64,000 nucleotides of DNA from an uncultured bacterium. Lineage in GTDB: Bacteria > Acidobacteriota > Thermoanaerobaculia > Multivoradales > JAHZIX01. A program made the position numbers and the translations under genes. The DNA is taken from NCBI GenBank assembly GCA_965368975.1, contig CBDUPA010000001.1:32001-96000 (forward strand), in the 5' to 3' direction. Shown here in pieces: positions 37,857 to 52,000 of this stretch (position 1 is its first letter; each line of letters starts with the position of its first letter). Below the pieces are notes generated by a model. That model made no database searches. It saw only the letters and a program-made list of their open reading frames with translations, and was not told the origin of the DNA.

Positions 37857-39125
37857 TCAGGTGTGGTGGAAGTCGAACTTGCGGCGCGTGACGACCAGCT
37901 GGTCCTTGGCCACCTCGTGGCGTACGTAGCCGAGCAAGTGGAAGAGTTCGACGGCGAACCAGCGGGCGACCTTGAGGTCGACCAGCAGGCTGCCTTCGAG
38001 TTCGGGGTGCTTGCGCACGCCAGGCAGCCAGTGAGCGATGCGGCCGACGCGGAGCCGGCGCATGACCTCGGAGAGCCGGAGCCAGGCAGGGCTGAACGGG
38101 CGCACGAGGAAGAAGCCGTCGGAACCCTGCTTCTGGTAGAGCGGCATCAGGATGCGGCCGCTCTCCGGACTGAGCACGTCACCGTGCTTGTCGACGGCCA
38201 GCGTTTCGCCCTCGGTGACGTAGTCGAAGCTCTTGTAGCCGAGGTTCATCACGAAGCCGTCACCCGGGCGCACGACGTGACGGTAGCGGGTCTCGCAGAT
38301 GCGTGGCAGGCCGCTGGAGACCTGGTTGAGCAGGGTGCGGCCGGTGGCGGCTTGACGGATCGGCTTGGGTAGCACGCCGGAGGCTTCGAGCGCGATCCAG
38401 ATCGCGGCTTCGATGCGGTCGACGGCTTCGGTGGCCTGGTGCTGGCCGCCTTCGAAGCCGATCGCGACGTGACCGAGTGTACACACGTAGTCGGTGAGCG
38501 TGCCTTTGAGTTCCTCTTCCAGGCCGACGATGATCGGCGCTGGGAAGTGCAGTGCGAAGGCGCGGTTGGGCAGAGTGTCGGCCATGGTGCCGAAGGCGAC
38601 GCTCTTGGCCGAGGTGGTGTGGAAGTCGATCAGGAAGACGGGGCCACGGGCGCGTTCGAAGATGGATTCGAGTTCACGTCGGAGCTCGTCGAGCTGACGA
38701 TCTTCGGGCACCAGACTGTCGGCCAGGGCGCCGGCGCGGCTGGCGACCACGCGGTCGCCGTGCCAGTGGCGGTTGAGGTCGGCTTCCAGATAGCGGTGAC
38801 CAGCCGCCAGTGCTTCCAGGTTGCCGCGCAGACCGACGAACTCGCCGTGCAGGTTCTGAGTCAGCTCGTCGGAGTTCTCGTCGAGCGTCTCGAAAACCCG
38901 CTCGAGTGCTGCGACGCCAGCATTCTCGTTGCCATGCAGGCCCCCGACGCATACCAGGGTGGCGCCGGCTTCATCGCCGACGAGATGTCCGATGAGGCGT
39001 TGCAAGGGGTGATGGGTTTCTTGTCGTGGGGTCGTGGGAGTCGCCGCGCGGGAGAACTCGGGGAGCTCGGGGTCGGCGACTTCGAGGTTGTGGCCAGGGG
39101 CCGGTCCTACATCGGATAAGTCCAT
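37857..39125 (-). CDS. Succinylglutamate desuccinylase/aspartoacylase family (M14) hydrolase
   Basis: GGLHGNE, DLNR, IDFHTTS, FEGGQH motifs. Confidence 0.85.
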   Translation of the reverse strand: MDLSDVGPAPGHNLEVADPELPEFSRAATPTTPRQETHHPLQRLIGHLVGDEAGATLVCVGGLHGNENAGVAALERVFETLDENSDELTQNLHGEFVGLRGNLEALAAGHRYLEADLNRHWHGDRVVASRAGALADSLVPEDRQLDELRRELESIFERARGPVFLIDFHTTSAKSVAFGTMADTLPNRAFALHFPAPIIVGLEEELKGTLTDYVCTLGHVAIGFEGGQHQATEAVDRIEAAIWIALEASGVLPKPIRQAATGRTLLNQVSSGLPRICETRYRHVVRPGDGFVMNLGYKSFDYVTEGETLAVDKHGDVLSPESGRILMPLYQKQGSDGFFLVRPFSPAWLRLSEVMRRLRVGRIAHWLPGVRKHPELEGSLLVDLKVARWFAVELFHLLGYVRHEVAKDQLVVTRRKFDFHHT

Positions 39126-39142
39126 CGAATCAGCTGTCCTCC

Positions 39143-41458
<2,316 letters not shown>

Positions 41459-41493
41459 GGTGATTCTCGCTCTGGAGTTTCTCCCGGGGCGCC

Positions 41494-41832
41494 TTACTCG
41501 CGTTCCAAGGTCAGCTGCAACGGCATACCGGCCTCGCGTGCCTCGCTGGTGACCTGATGGACCTTGGTCTCGGCCTCGTCGTAGGTGTAGACACCGGCGA
41601 CGCCTCGCCCTTTGTGGTGGACTTCGAGCATGATGTGGTTGGCCTCGGTCTCAGTCTTGTGGAAGTACTTCACCAGGACGTGGATGACGAACTCCATGCT
41701 GGTGTAGTCGTCATTGTGCAGGATCACGCGGTAACGCTTCGGGCGTCGGGTGCGCTTGCGTTCCTGGACGACCAGATGTTCTTCGAGGTCGGGCCGGGTG
41801 CGGTCGGGTATCTCGGGTGGCTTGTCGCTCAT
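41494..41832 (-). CDS. clpS: N-degron adaptor ClpS
   Basis: YRVILHNDDYTSMEFV...MLEVHHKG...AETKV. Confidence 0.96.
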   Translation of the reverse strand: MSDKPPEIPDRTRPDLEEHLVVQERKRTRRPKRYRVILHNDDYTSMEFVIHVLVKYFHKTETEANHIMLEVHHKGRGVAGVYTYDEAETKVHQVTSEAREAGMPLQLTLERE

Positions 41833-42301
41833 AGTTCAGCGGGCAGCAGGCGGGCAGCGCATCAACCCTCGTCACCACTCTACGCAAGCTGAGCGAACGG
41901 GGCAAGCCCTGGAGGTCGCCTCTTACTGCGGTGGCTACGTGGGGGGTGATGCTTTCTGTATGTTCAAGTTTCAATAAGGGAGTTGTTGTTTCCTCCGGGT
42001 CTGCTATAGTTCATGGTAGACCAAAGCTTGAGGAATCCCCCCCTTCCATGCACGCACTGGTCATTCTTTGTATTTGACGATCGCTGAGAAAAACCAACGG
42101 AGATGGCGGTCCGCGGCCTCTTCCGGTATCGCTGGACTACTTTGTCCGAGAAGCGAGAAGCGCCCGTGTCCGGCAAGCACCTACACGGTCGACGGTGATC
42201 GATCATGTGCATCTTTCTATGTCGTCTGCTGTTACTCAGAAGTTCGCGAGGACTCGTGGCCGGTTGGGCCAGGGCTCGCGGTCGAAAGAAAGGGGTCCGA
42301 T

Positions 42302-43129
42302 GTGAGTGGTGGAAACACAACAGAGGTTCGAGCTCAGAAGGGGCGGCTGGGCTGCCCACCGGCGACTCCGCCCAAGGCCTACGAGCCGCCGCGGCAGTCC
42401 GAGATCTTCTTCGACGCCAAGGCGCCGTCGCACATGCATGAGCCGACGGGGATCGAGATGGTCTACATCCCCGGCGGTGTCTACACGATTGGTACCAACG
42501 ATCTCTCGGAGTGGGAGCGCCCGGCGCACCAAGAGACACTCGAATCGTTGTGGCTCGCCAAGTATCCGGTGACGCGCGAGCAGTATGCTCGCTTCCTGGC
42601 TGCCAATCCACGGCAGGCGCGGCCGTCAGGCTGGAACGCCACCAAGGACCCGCACCAGGCCGTGGTGGGCGTCAGTTGGGAGGATGCGCGCGACTTCTGT
42701 GATTGGGCGGGCCTGCGCTTGCCCCGGGAAAGTGAGTGGGAAGCCGCGGCGCGCGGACCCGAAGGTCGCGATTATCCGTGGGGCAACGCGGCGCCGGCTG
42801 CCTGGTTGGCCTGTTTCGCCGAGAACTGGCGCACCGGCATCGCCCCGAACGTCGATGCTCTGCCGACCGGCGAAGGTCCCTTCGGCACCATGGCACAGGC
42901 CGGACACGTCTGGGAATGGTGCGCGGACGTCTGGGACGCGAAGGCCTATCAGCACCGTGACATTTCCCTGGACCGCGATCCCCACGTCACCGACATCGAC
43001 CTGCGGCGCTTCGTGCTGCGCGGCGGTGCTTGGCTGAGTCCGGCGCGCCACTTGCGCTCAGCGTACCGCAGCTGCGGTGGCGCCAAGCTGCGCGAGGACA
43101 GCATCGGGTTCCGGGTGGCCTGCAGCTGA
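42302..43129 (+). CDS. FGE-sulfatase (SUMF1/EgtB/PvdO-family) domain protein
   Basis: MVYIPGG, KYPVT, VSWEDA, RLPRESEWE, GHVWEWC, LRGGAW, IGFRV. Start uncertain (GTG 42302 after a purine-rich RBS; the ORF extends to 42068). Confidence 0.8.
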   Translation: MSGGNTTEVRAQKGRLGCPPATPPKAYEPPRQSEIFFDAKAPSHMHEPTGIEMVYIPGGVYTIGTNDLSEWERPAHQETLESLWLAKYPVTREQYARFLAANPRQARPSGWNATKDPHQAVVGVSWEDARDFCDWAGLRLPRESEWEAAARGPEGRDYPWGNAAPAAWLACFAENWRTGIAPNVDALPTGEGPFGTMAQAGHVWEWCADVWDAKAYQHRDISLDRDPHVTDIDLRRFVLRGGAWLSPARHLRSAYRSCGGAKLREDSIGFRVACS

Positions 43130-44829
43130 TGGGACAAGTACCAGGTCGCGTGATGGTGGTGTCCCTGATGGCGGTGTCCCTGACCCTGGCCCTGGCCCCC
43201 GCCGAGGCGAGCACGCCCGGCCCGCCGCCCGCGAGTGCGGTGCACGGTCACTACGTCGTGCTGGGCCAGAGTGCCGGAGCGACCGTCGCCTATGCGCGTG
43301 CGGTGATCGAGCCAGGCTACGCTTGTCCGGCGCTGCAAGCCGCCTCGGGTGCGACCTCGGCTGGCGATTCATCAGTGGATCCGTCTACGGCCATGGTGAC
43401 GCGCGGCAACCCGCACGCCTTTCCGGTGATCGTCTGCGAAGCGCGCGTCGAGTTCGACACCACCTACACCCTGCAGCTCGATGGGGCGACGCTCGAGCTG
43501 CCACGAGTCCGGCGCAACCCGGCACGCTTGCTGGGCTTCGGTGACACCGGCTGCAAGGCGGGAGCGGCGTCGGAGGGCAAGTGCCCGTGGGGTACGCCCG
43601 CCGAGCCGCTCAAGACGCTGGCCGACGCGGCTGCCGCGGGGCCGGCGCCGGACCTGATCGTGCATGTTGGTGACTACAACTACCGCGGCACGCCGGGGCC
43701 GATTCTGTTCAGCCAGATCCACGACGGTGCCGGCAAGCAGGTTGCGCAGTGGCCCTACGACGCGGGTGATGACAGCACCGCCGAGCAGCACTGCGAGCAG
43801 GATCCCAACGACGCCTACTGGGACATGAATGCGTCCAACGCCAACTACCCGGATCATTGGGCGGCCTGGCGCGATGACTTCTTCACGCCCCTGGCCGCGT
43901 TGCTGCCAAAGGCGCCGTGGATCTTCGCGCGCGGCAACCACGAGCTGTGCAGCCGTGCCGGTCCTGGCTACTTTTACTTCCTGGACCCGGCGTCCAACCT
44001 GGCACCGGAAGGCCAGCGCTCGTGTCCGACACCGGACCCGCGGCGGCCGATCTTGGACAAGGTGGTGCTGGCCGATCCGTATGTAGTCGATCTCGGCACC
44101 TTCGCCCTGCTGGTGGTCGACTCGGCCAATGCCTGCGACTACTTCTCGAACGATGCGTTCACCGCGCAGTATCGGCGGCAACTCGGCCAGGCGACCGCCC
44201 TGCTGCCGCCCGAGCGGCCGACCTGGCTGGTCAGTCATCGGCCGATGTGGGGGCTCACCCAGTTCGACAGCGACGGCGGTACGACGACCGGATGCAGGGC
44301 CGGGGACGACACGTGGGGCTGCGTCAACAAGACGCTGCAGGCGGCGTCGAGCGACGGTGCCACGCTGCCGGCGCAGATCACCTTGCTGCTGGCTGGTCAC
44401 ATGCATCGCTTCCAGAGCACCACGTTCGCTGCTGACGACACGGCCGTTGCTGACGACACGGCCGGCCGTGCTGCCACCCTTGCCGCCGCGACGCACCGGG
44501 CTCCGACGCTGGTGATCGGCAACGGCGGTGTGGCGCTCGACGACCGGCCCCCGGCGGGCACGATCCAGGTCACCATCGCAGGGCAGGCGGCGCAGGTCCT
44601 GTCGCTGGCCAACCAAGTGCAGACGCCCAGTGGCATGCAAGACGCGTTCGGCTACCTGGACGCGACCCTGGCCTCGGACGGCGGCTGGAGCGGCACGATC
44701 GTCAATCCGGCGCGTGGCCTGACGCTGGCCGAATGCGGCAGCGCACGCGCGGCGCAGGGCTCGGTGTGTGAGCTGGCGTCAGGTGTGCAAGCGGCCCAGT
44801 TCGGAGCTTCTAACGTGACCGTTCCCTGA
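43129..44829 (+). CDS. Secreted calcineurin-like metallophosphoesterase
   Basis: Signal peptide; GDTG, HVGDY, RGNHE, SHRP, AGHMH motifs; TGATG overlap with the upstream gene. Confidence 0.85.
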   Translation: MGQVPGRVMVVSLMAVSLTLALAPAEASTPGPPPASAVHGHYVVLGQSAGATVAYARAVIEPGYACPALQAASGATSAGDSSVDPSTAMVTRGNPHAFPVIVCEARVEFDTTYTLQLDGATLELPRVRRNPARLLGFGDTGCKAGAASEGKCPWGTPAEPLKTLADAAAAGPAPDLIVHVGDYNYRGTPGPILFSQIHDGAGKQVAQWPYDAGDDSTAEQHCEQDPNDAYWDMNASNANYPDHWAAWRDDFFTPLAALLPKAPWIFARGNHELCSRAGPGYFYFLDPASNLAPEGQRSCPTPDPRRPILDKVVLADPYVVDLGTFALLVVDSANACDYFSNDAFTAQYRRQLGQATALLPPERPTWLVSHRPMWGLTQFDSDGGTTTGCRAGDDTWGCVNKTLQAASSDGATLPAQITLLLAGHMHRFQSTTFAADDTAVADDTAGRAATLAAATHRAPTLVIGNGGVALDDRPPAGTIQVTIAGQAAQVLSLANQVQTPSGMQDAFGYLDATLASDGGWSGTIVNPARGLTLAECGSARAAQGSVCELASGVQAAQFGASNVTVP

Positions 44830-44905
44830 AAAGCAGGTACAATGCCTCGGAGTCTGGCGGCCTGCGATCGGGCGGCCCTTTGGTACCAGTCCAGACCTCG
44901 TAACT

Positions 44906-45946
44906 ATGGCGACCAACTACCTGCAAGCTTACGGCGACCTGCTGCGTCGCATCGACGAGGCCGACTTCCACGTTTCGGAAGAAACGGAGAGGATCTCGCT
45001 GGTCGAAGACTTCGTGCCCAAGGTGTCGGAACTGCTGCAAGCCGGGGTCGATATGCTGCGCGAGACGCAGGCTTGGTACGAGTCTGACGACGCGCTGGAA
45101 GGCGCGGCCGACCGCGACGACGGGGATTCGCTGTCCGAAATCGGTGCGCTGATCTCCACCGAGCTGGCGGCCAGCAACATCGCCGACCTCGCTTTTGTCG
45201 CCCGCGGCGGTCTGCGGATCTGTCTCGATGAGCTGAAGTCTGCCGCCGCCAAGCGGCACATCTTCATGATCGCGTCCGGCTGCGACACCGGAATGCGCCG
45301 GCTGCGCAAAGCGCTGATGTCCGTCGAGTCGGCGATCGCCGAGTTCGAGGGCGCGCCGCAGCCGATGCACCGGCAAGAAGATCTCGAGACTTCGATCGAG
45401 ACGCGCCGCGCCTACGGTCGCCTGCGCCAATGCATCTTGGGGACGGGGCAGCCGGATGACCGTCAGCTCGGCCGGCGCCTGCAGGAGATCGCCGAGCATT
45501 TCGTCAAGCTGCGAACCCTGGCCATCTATCCGCTCATCCGTATCGGGGACCGTCTCGAGATGCGCGGCTTGTACAAGCGCATCCAGCTGTGGCGCCAGCA
45601 GCCAGATCGCGATCTGGTCGAAGGCCACCGCCTGTGGGTCGACCTCAGTGGCTTCGCGCGACTGATCCAGGAGATCAACAACCGCGAAGAACTCGGCGAG
45701 CACGACCGCCTGCTGCTCACCAAGGTCTGGCATCAACTGTTCGGCAAGCGTGATGTCAGCGAGGTCACCGCCGACCTGCTTGAAGAGCTGCGCCGCCTAG
45801 AAGGACGCGACGAGGACCTCGACCAGCTGCTCTCCGATCCCGGGGCGTATCCTGCCGAGGCCTGGCGCGAGACCCTGGAGCGCTTGCGTCGCACGCTGGA
45901 AGCCCAGCCACAGCAGCAACCCGTGCCAGTCGGAGCGCTCGGGTAA
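44906..45946 (+). CDS. Hypothetical all-alpha-helical protein
   Basis: 346-aa ORF with host-like codon usage and charged helical composition; no motif recognised. Confidence 0.75.
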   Translation: MATNYLQAYGDLLRRIDEADFHVSEETERISLVEDFVPKVSELLQAGVDMLRETQAWYESDDALEGAADRDDGDSLSEIGALISTELAASNIADLAFVARGGLRICLDELKSAAAKRHIFMIASGCDTGMRRLRKALMSVESAIAEFEGAPQPMHRQEDLETSIETRRAYGRLRQCILGTGQPDDRQLGRRLQEIAEHFVKLRTLAIYPLIRIGDRLEMRGLYKRIQLWRQQPDRDLVEGHRLWVDLSGFARLIQEINNREELGEHDRLLLTKVWHQLFGKRDVSEVTADLLEELRRLEGRDEDLDQLLSDPGAYPAEAWRETLERLRRTLEAQPQQQPVPVGALG

Positions 45947-46028
45947 GAGACCCGGTTCCCTGGTTCAGTTTCCTTGGCCTAGTTCCTCTGGCCCGGGGCC
46001 CCTGGCTGCGGGGCGTGTGCGGTCGAGA

Positions 46029-49000
46029 TCAGTCCTGCAACAACATCTCCAACCCGTCTCCCCCCGACAGCAGCGCTTCGGCTTCCTCGTCACTCATCGA
46101 TTCGAGACGCGCCAGTAGGGCTTGCAGCCGCCCCGGATCGGGAGCACCCGGCTTCGGGGGCGTGCGCCCTTGCAGCTGCCGGCGGTTGACCTTGCCGGTG
46201 CTGGTGAGGGGGAACTCGTCGAGCCACACCAGCTGGCTGGGGACCATGTAGCGCGGCAGGCGCTTGCTGAGGAACTGGCGTAGTTCGGACGTCTCGAGCG
46301 AGCGGTCGGGGTCGGTCAGCAGGTAGGCGACGAGGCGGCGGTGAGCACCGCCTTCGGGCACGATGACGACGGCCTGGCGGACTGCGGCGTGGGCTTCCAA
46401 GGCGTTCTCGATTTCGCCCGGTTCGACGCGATGGCCGTGCAGTTTGAGCTGGTAGTCGATCCGACCGAGGAACTCGAGGCTGGAGTCAGGGCGGCGGCGA
46501 ACCCGGTCGCCCGTGCGGTAGAGCCGGCCACCGGGGTGGTCGCTGAAGGGGTCGGGCACGAAGCTGCCGGCAGTGCGTGCCGGGCGCCCCAGGTAACCGC
46601 GCGCCAGGCCCTCGCCACCGATATAGAGCTCGCCTTCGGCAGCCAGCGGCAGCAGCGGGGCGGCTGGACCTCGCTGGGTGTCCAGGACATACAGGCGTGT
46701 GCCGCGGAGCGGCTGGCCGAGCGGCACTGGCAGTTGCCCTCCGCGCACTCGTTGCAGGCTCGACCAGACGGTGGTCTCGGTGGGGCCGTAGAGGTTCCAC
46801 AGTCGGGGTGCCGAGGTCGAAGCGCTGTTGCTTCTCTGCTTGGCGGCCGCGTGGCTGGTGGTCGAGGTGGTTGTCCTGGTGAGCCGTTCCGCCAGGTCGT
46901 CGGTCAGCGCTTCGCCGCCACACAGCAGCTTGAGGCCGGGTCGTTCGAGGCGTGACGGTGGCGTCCAGCCTGCGTCGAGCAGCAACCGCCAGGTGACCGG
47001 CGTTGCCTGCAGGACGGTGGCGCTGATGGCGCGTAAGCGCTGGCTCAGCAAGCGGCCGTCGCCGGCGGTCTCGTGGTCGACGACGTGGACGCGGGCGCCA
47101 GCGGCCAGTGGCAGCAGCAATTCGACGACCGAGATGTCGAAGGTCAGCGGGGTCACCGCGGCCACCGAGTCGGCGGGGTCGAAGCCGGGTTGGTGCAGCA
47201 GCGACGCTGCCAGGTTGGCGACGGACGCGTGGCACACCATGACGCCCTTGGGGCGGCCGGTGGAGCCGGAGGTATAGAGCACATAGGCCAGGTGGTCGCC
47301 GCTCGGAGGACCGAGCAGTGGCTCCCGTGGCTGTGCCGAACTCAGCGGTGCGTCGACGTCGAGCAGGGTGGGTACTGCATCGCCGCCGGCTGGCAGCTCG
47401 GGGCGCAGGCGTCGCAGTTGAGGGCCTTCGCCCAGCACGAGTGAGGGGCGTGCGTCGGCTACCAGGGCCCCCAGGCGGCGCGGCGGTAGCTGCGGATCGA
47501 GGGGCAGGTAGGCGGCACCGGCGCGCAGCACGGCCAGGGTTGCGACGACCAGCCGGGCCGAGCGCTCGAGGCACAGGCCGACCAGCGTCTCGGGACGCGC
47601 GCCGGCCGTGCGCAAGCGCGCCGCCAGGCGGCCACTCTCGTCCCATAGACGGCTGTAGTCGAAGTGCTCGACACCATCGTCGAGGGCGGGTTTTTCAGGG
47701 TGTGCTGTCGCCTGCGCGGCGATCAACTGCAGTAGCAGCGGGGCACTGCTGTCCGGGGGCCCATGCTTGGCGGTCTCGGTTCCCTGCACCTCGTGCAGTA
47801 GGAGCTGGGACTGCGCGGGGCTGAGCAAAACGCTGTGGGTGCAGTCGGCGTCCGGGTTCGCCAGCAGGCTCTGGACGGCCAGGGTGTACACCTCGCCGAT
47901 GGCGCGCAGCTGGGCGCCGGAGATGCGCGCCTCGTCGGCGACCAGGTCGAGGACCAGCGTGTCGGCCAGCGGGTTGCGCCGGAAATCGGCACGTAGAGCG
48001 AAGCTGGTGTGATCGAAGCCTTCGGCTTCGAGCGGTCGCAGGAAGTGCAGGTCGCTGAGTTCGTCGAGGGCGTGGAAGTGAGTGAAGTTGAACACCGTCT
48101 CGACCAGCCCGGTCTCGCCCAGCAGGCGCTGGATCTCGACCAGCGGCATGTGGCGGCTGGGGAGTAGTTCGCGCTCGGCCTCGAAGGCGGTGCGCACCAG
48201 GCCGAGCCAGCTACCGCTGGGCGTCAGCGCCAGCGGCAAGATGTTCATGTGCATGCCGAGCGTCTCTTCACTCCGCGGTAGGGCCGGCCGGCCGTTGGCT
48301 TCCAGGCCGGTCAGCACACTGCGCTGCCCGGTCAGGCGCTGCAGGGCTGCCAGGTGGGCGGCCAGCAGGGCGTGCTTGAGACTCACCTGAGCGCGACGTA
48401 CCAAGGCGCCAAAGTGCACGGGTGGTGGCAGCGGTAGGCTGAGGACGCGCACGCGCGGGGGGCCGGCTTGGGGTCGCCAGCGCGGCAATGGGGTCGCCTG
48501 GACGCCGGTCAGCTGCTGCTTCCACCAACGCCGCAGATGTGGGTTGCGCACGGCTTCCACCTCGCGTGCCACGAACTCGCGGAACACGACAGGCGGTGGC
48601 CCCAGCTGCAAGGGATTTCCGGCCAGCAGGCGATCGTAGCGGCGGAGCCACTCGGTACACAGGCGCGCCGTGCTCCAGCCGTCGAGCACGGCGTCGAAGA
48701 AGCTGAGGCCGACGGCGAATCCTTGTGCCAGGCGCAGCAGGTAGAAACCGACCAGCCCCGGCTCGCGCCAGGTGAGGGGCTGCGCCTTCTGCTCTTCCAG
48801 CCAGGTGGTGATCTCGGCTGCGGTCAAGTCCTCTACGCTGCTGAAGTCGACTTCGTGGAAGCGCACGGTGGTGCGGGCGTGTACCAGCTGCAGCGGTCGG
48901 CTGTACTCTGAAAGGTCGAAGGATGTGCGCAGCATCGGATGGCGGTCGACCAAGTCTTGCGCCGACTGGCACAACTGCGACGGGTGGAGCGGTCCTTGCA

Positions 49001-52000
49001 GGCGGCACAGGAAGATGTCGCGGTAGAGCGGGGCCCCCGGATCGTGCTGGATGTGGAAGACGATGCCGGTCTGTGTGGCGGTCAGCGGATAGGCGTCGAC
49101 ACACCCGGCCGGCAGGCGTTGCCGATCGTCGTCGCTGATCAGGCAGAACGGGTCGGGCGCCAGCACACGCGGTGCGCCGTGGCCCTCGTTCTGGCTGGCA
49201 TCTCCACGGCGCAGCCGCGGTGCCAGGGCGCGGATGGTCTGGTGACGGTAGAGGTCTTCCAGGGCCACGGTCCAGCCGCGTTCGGTCAGGCTGCCGCGCA
49301 CCTGCAGCGTGCGGATCGAGTCGCCGCCGAGTTCGAAGAAGTTGTCTTCGACGCCGATGTCGGGCAGGCCGAGAACGCGGCTCCACACGGCGGCAAGAGC
49401 ACGCTCGCGTTCGTCCTCGAGGACGTAGGTGTCGCCTGGCGGACGAGCTGGCGAGACGCCATCGCCAGCGTCCAGCGGCTGCCCCGTCAGCTGCCCGGCG
49501 GACTGCCTGCCGGCCGCCGGGCCGAGTTGCTGCAGCTGGCCACGGTCGACCTTGCCGCTCTGCGTGCGGGGCAAAGTGGTGAGTGGCACGAAGAGGCTGG
49601 GCAACAGCATTGCCGGTAGACGCTCGCCCAGGAAGGCGCGCAGTTCGGCGGCATCGGGAGCCTCCCCCTGGTAGGTGAACCACGCCACCAGCTGCGCCGG
49701 GGCGCGGTCGTGGCTGGCGAATGCCGGCAGGGCTTCGCCGCGAGGGGCTGCGCCAGCCTTGAAATGGCGCAGCTGGTTGGGCTCGGCAGTCGCTGCCGGA
49801 CTCCTACGGCCTTCGGCGCCGGACGGAGCTTGTGCCCTATCGGTAGGCCTGTGCGCGGGTTCGCTGGGATAGTGAAGGCCGACGATCGCGTCGGTGATCC
49901 GTGGATGCTCGCTCAGGGCGGCCTCCAACTCGCCGGCCTCGACGCGCAAACCCCGGATCTTGAGTTGGTGGTCGAGGCGCCCCAGGAAGAGCAGGGCGCC
50001 GTCCGGACGGTAGCGGACCAGATCACCCGTCCGGTACAGGCGTTCGCCCTGCTTGCCGGTGGGGTCGAGGATCAAGGAGGGGTCGGGTACGAAGGTGGCG
50101 GCGGTGCGTGCTGGAGCGCCCAGGTAGCCGCGCCCGAGACCGGCGCCTGCCAGTGCCAGCTCTCCAGGGATGCCCAGTGGCTGCAGGCGCAGCACGCGAT
50201 CGACAACGTGGCAACGTAGGTTGGCGATCGGCCGGCCAATCGGTACTTCGCGCAGCAGGTTCTGGCTCGGCCCGCCTCGTTGCTGCCGGTCGCCGCTGCA
50301 GTTCCAGGCGGTGACGTCGATGGCGGTCTCGGTGGGACCGTAGAGGTTTTCCAGCTGCACGCTGGGCAAGCGTTCCAGGCAAGCACGTGCCAGCGACGGA
50401 CTCAGCGCTTCGCCGCTGGCCACGATCCGGCGCAAGCTGCGGGCTTCACCTACCCCCGGCTCGTCAACGAAGGCGCGCAGCATGGACGGCACGAAGTGCA
50501 CCACGGTGACGCGCTCGCGGGCCGCCAGCCGGGCAAGTTGGCGGGGGTCGCGATGCACCCCGGGCGGGGCCACGATCAGTTGCGCCCCGGTCATCAGCGG
50601 CCAGAAGAACTCCCACACTGAGACGTCGAAGGTGAAGGGGGTTTTCTGCAGCACGCGGTCGTCGGCGCCGATCGGGTAGGCGAGTTGCATCCAGCGCAGG
50701 CGGTTGGCGAGGGCGAGGTGGCTGTTCATCGCCCCCTTGGGGCGGCCGGTGGAGCCGGAGGTGAACAAGACGTAGGCCAGCTGCCGTCCGTCCACGGGCC
50801 CTGGAGGCGCGTCGGCCTCCGAGGCTTCCCCCGGTCCCGGCAGCGTCTGGGGTTCGAGTTGGGCTCGGCCTTCTGGGTCCAGGCGCAGCAGCGGCGGCGT
50901 GGAGCGGGCAAGTGCCGGAGTCTCGGCGTCACCTAGCAGACACACGGGGGCGGCGTCGTCCAGCAGGGCTTCGAAGCGTCGCGCCGGCTGGTCCGGGTCG
51001 AGCGGCAAGAAAGCGGCACCGGCCTCGAGGACCGCGACCAGCGCCACCACGCGCGCTGCACTGCGCGGCAAGCACACGCCGACCAGGCGTTCAGGACCGG
51101 CTCCGAGAGCCCGCAGCTGCTGGGCCAGGGTCCGGCTGTGTGCGGCAAGCTGGGCGTAGGTCAATTCGACCGTCGGCACGTTGTGCTCTCCCGGGGCGCG
51201 CACGGCCAGCGCACCAGGGCTACGTTGCGCCTGAGCGCGGATGGCTTCGTGCACGAGTCCACCGAGTTGCCGGCGTGCCGCCCACGCGGCGCCAGCCCAC
51301 GCCGTGTCGTTGAACTCGTGGAGCAGCGCCTGGCGCTCTGCTGGCAGCAGGATCTTCAACTGGAGGCAGTCGATGGGGGCCTCGTGCGTCGGCAGGTCTC
51401 GGGCGAGCGCGACGAGCTGTCCAAGCCAGCTCTCGAATTGTCCTGCCCACCGCAGCACGGTGGTGGTGTCGAAGAGGTCCGTGCAGCCCTGCCAGTCGAG
51501 GAGTAGGCTGCCGCCAGGACCGTCAGCCAGGAACAGGGCCAGATCGAATTGCGCGGTCTGCGTGCGCAGGCGGAGCGGGCGCGCTGTCCAGGCAGCCAGC
51601 GGCAACTCGACGCGCTCGTCGGCGAGGGCGAATGCGGAGGTGCCCGCGGGCGAACCTGCCGGTGCGTGTTGCCAGCTGACCAGGATCTGGAACAGGGGCG
51701 AGCGGCTCGGGTCGCGGCGCGGCTGCAGCTGTTCGACCAGCTGGTGGAACGGGTAGCGGCGGTGGCGCAGGGTGGCCGCCAACTCGCCGCGCAGGCGGGC
51801 CAGACGCAGGGCGAAGGGATCGGAGCCGGAGATGCCGTGCAGCGCGGCGCGCAGGACCAGCGGGTTGACCAAGTAGCCGACGCGCTGGGCGTCCTCGACG
51901 CTGTCTCGGCCGTGGTACAGCGTCCCGAGTAGGGCTTGCTCGCTGTTGCTGACAGTGTTGCTGGCGACAGTACTGCTGGAGCTGAGGCCAACGGTGCGGC

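Noticed and set aside
43010-43129. Second FGE gene as a DGR target
   Set aside because: Equivalent variable positions include ctg, ccg and gag (not NNY), no GRA hairpins follow, and the next gene overlaps its stop.
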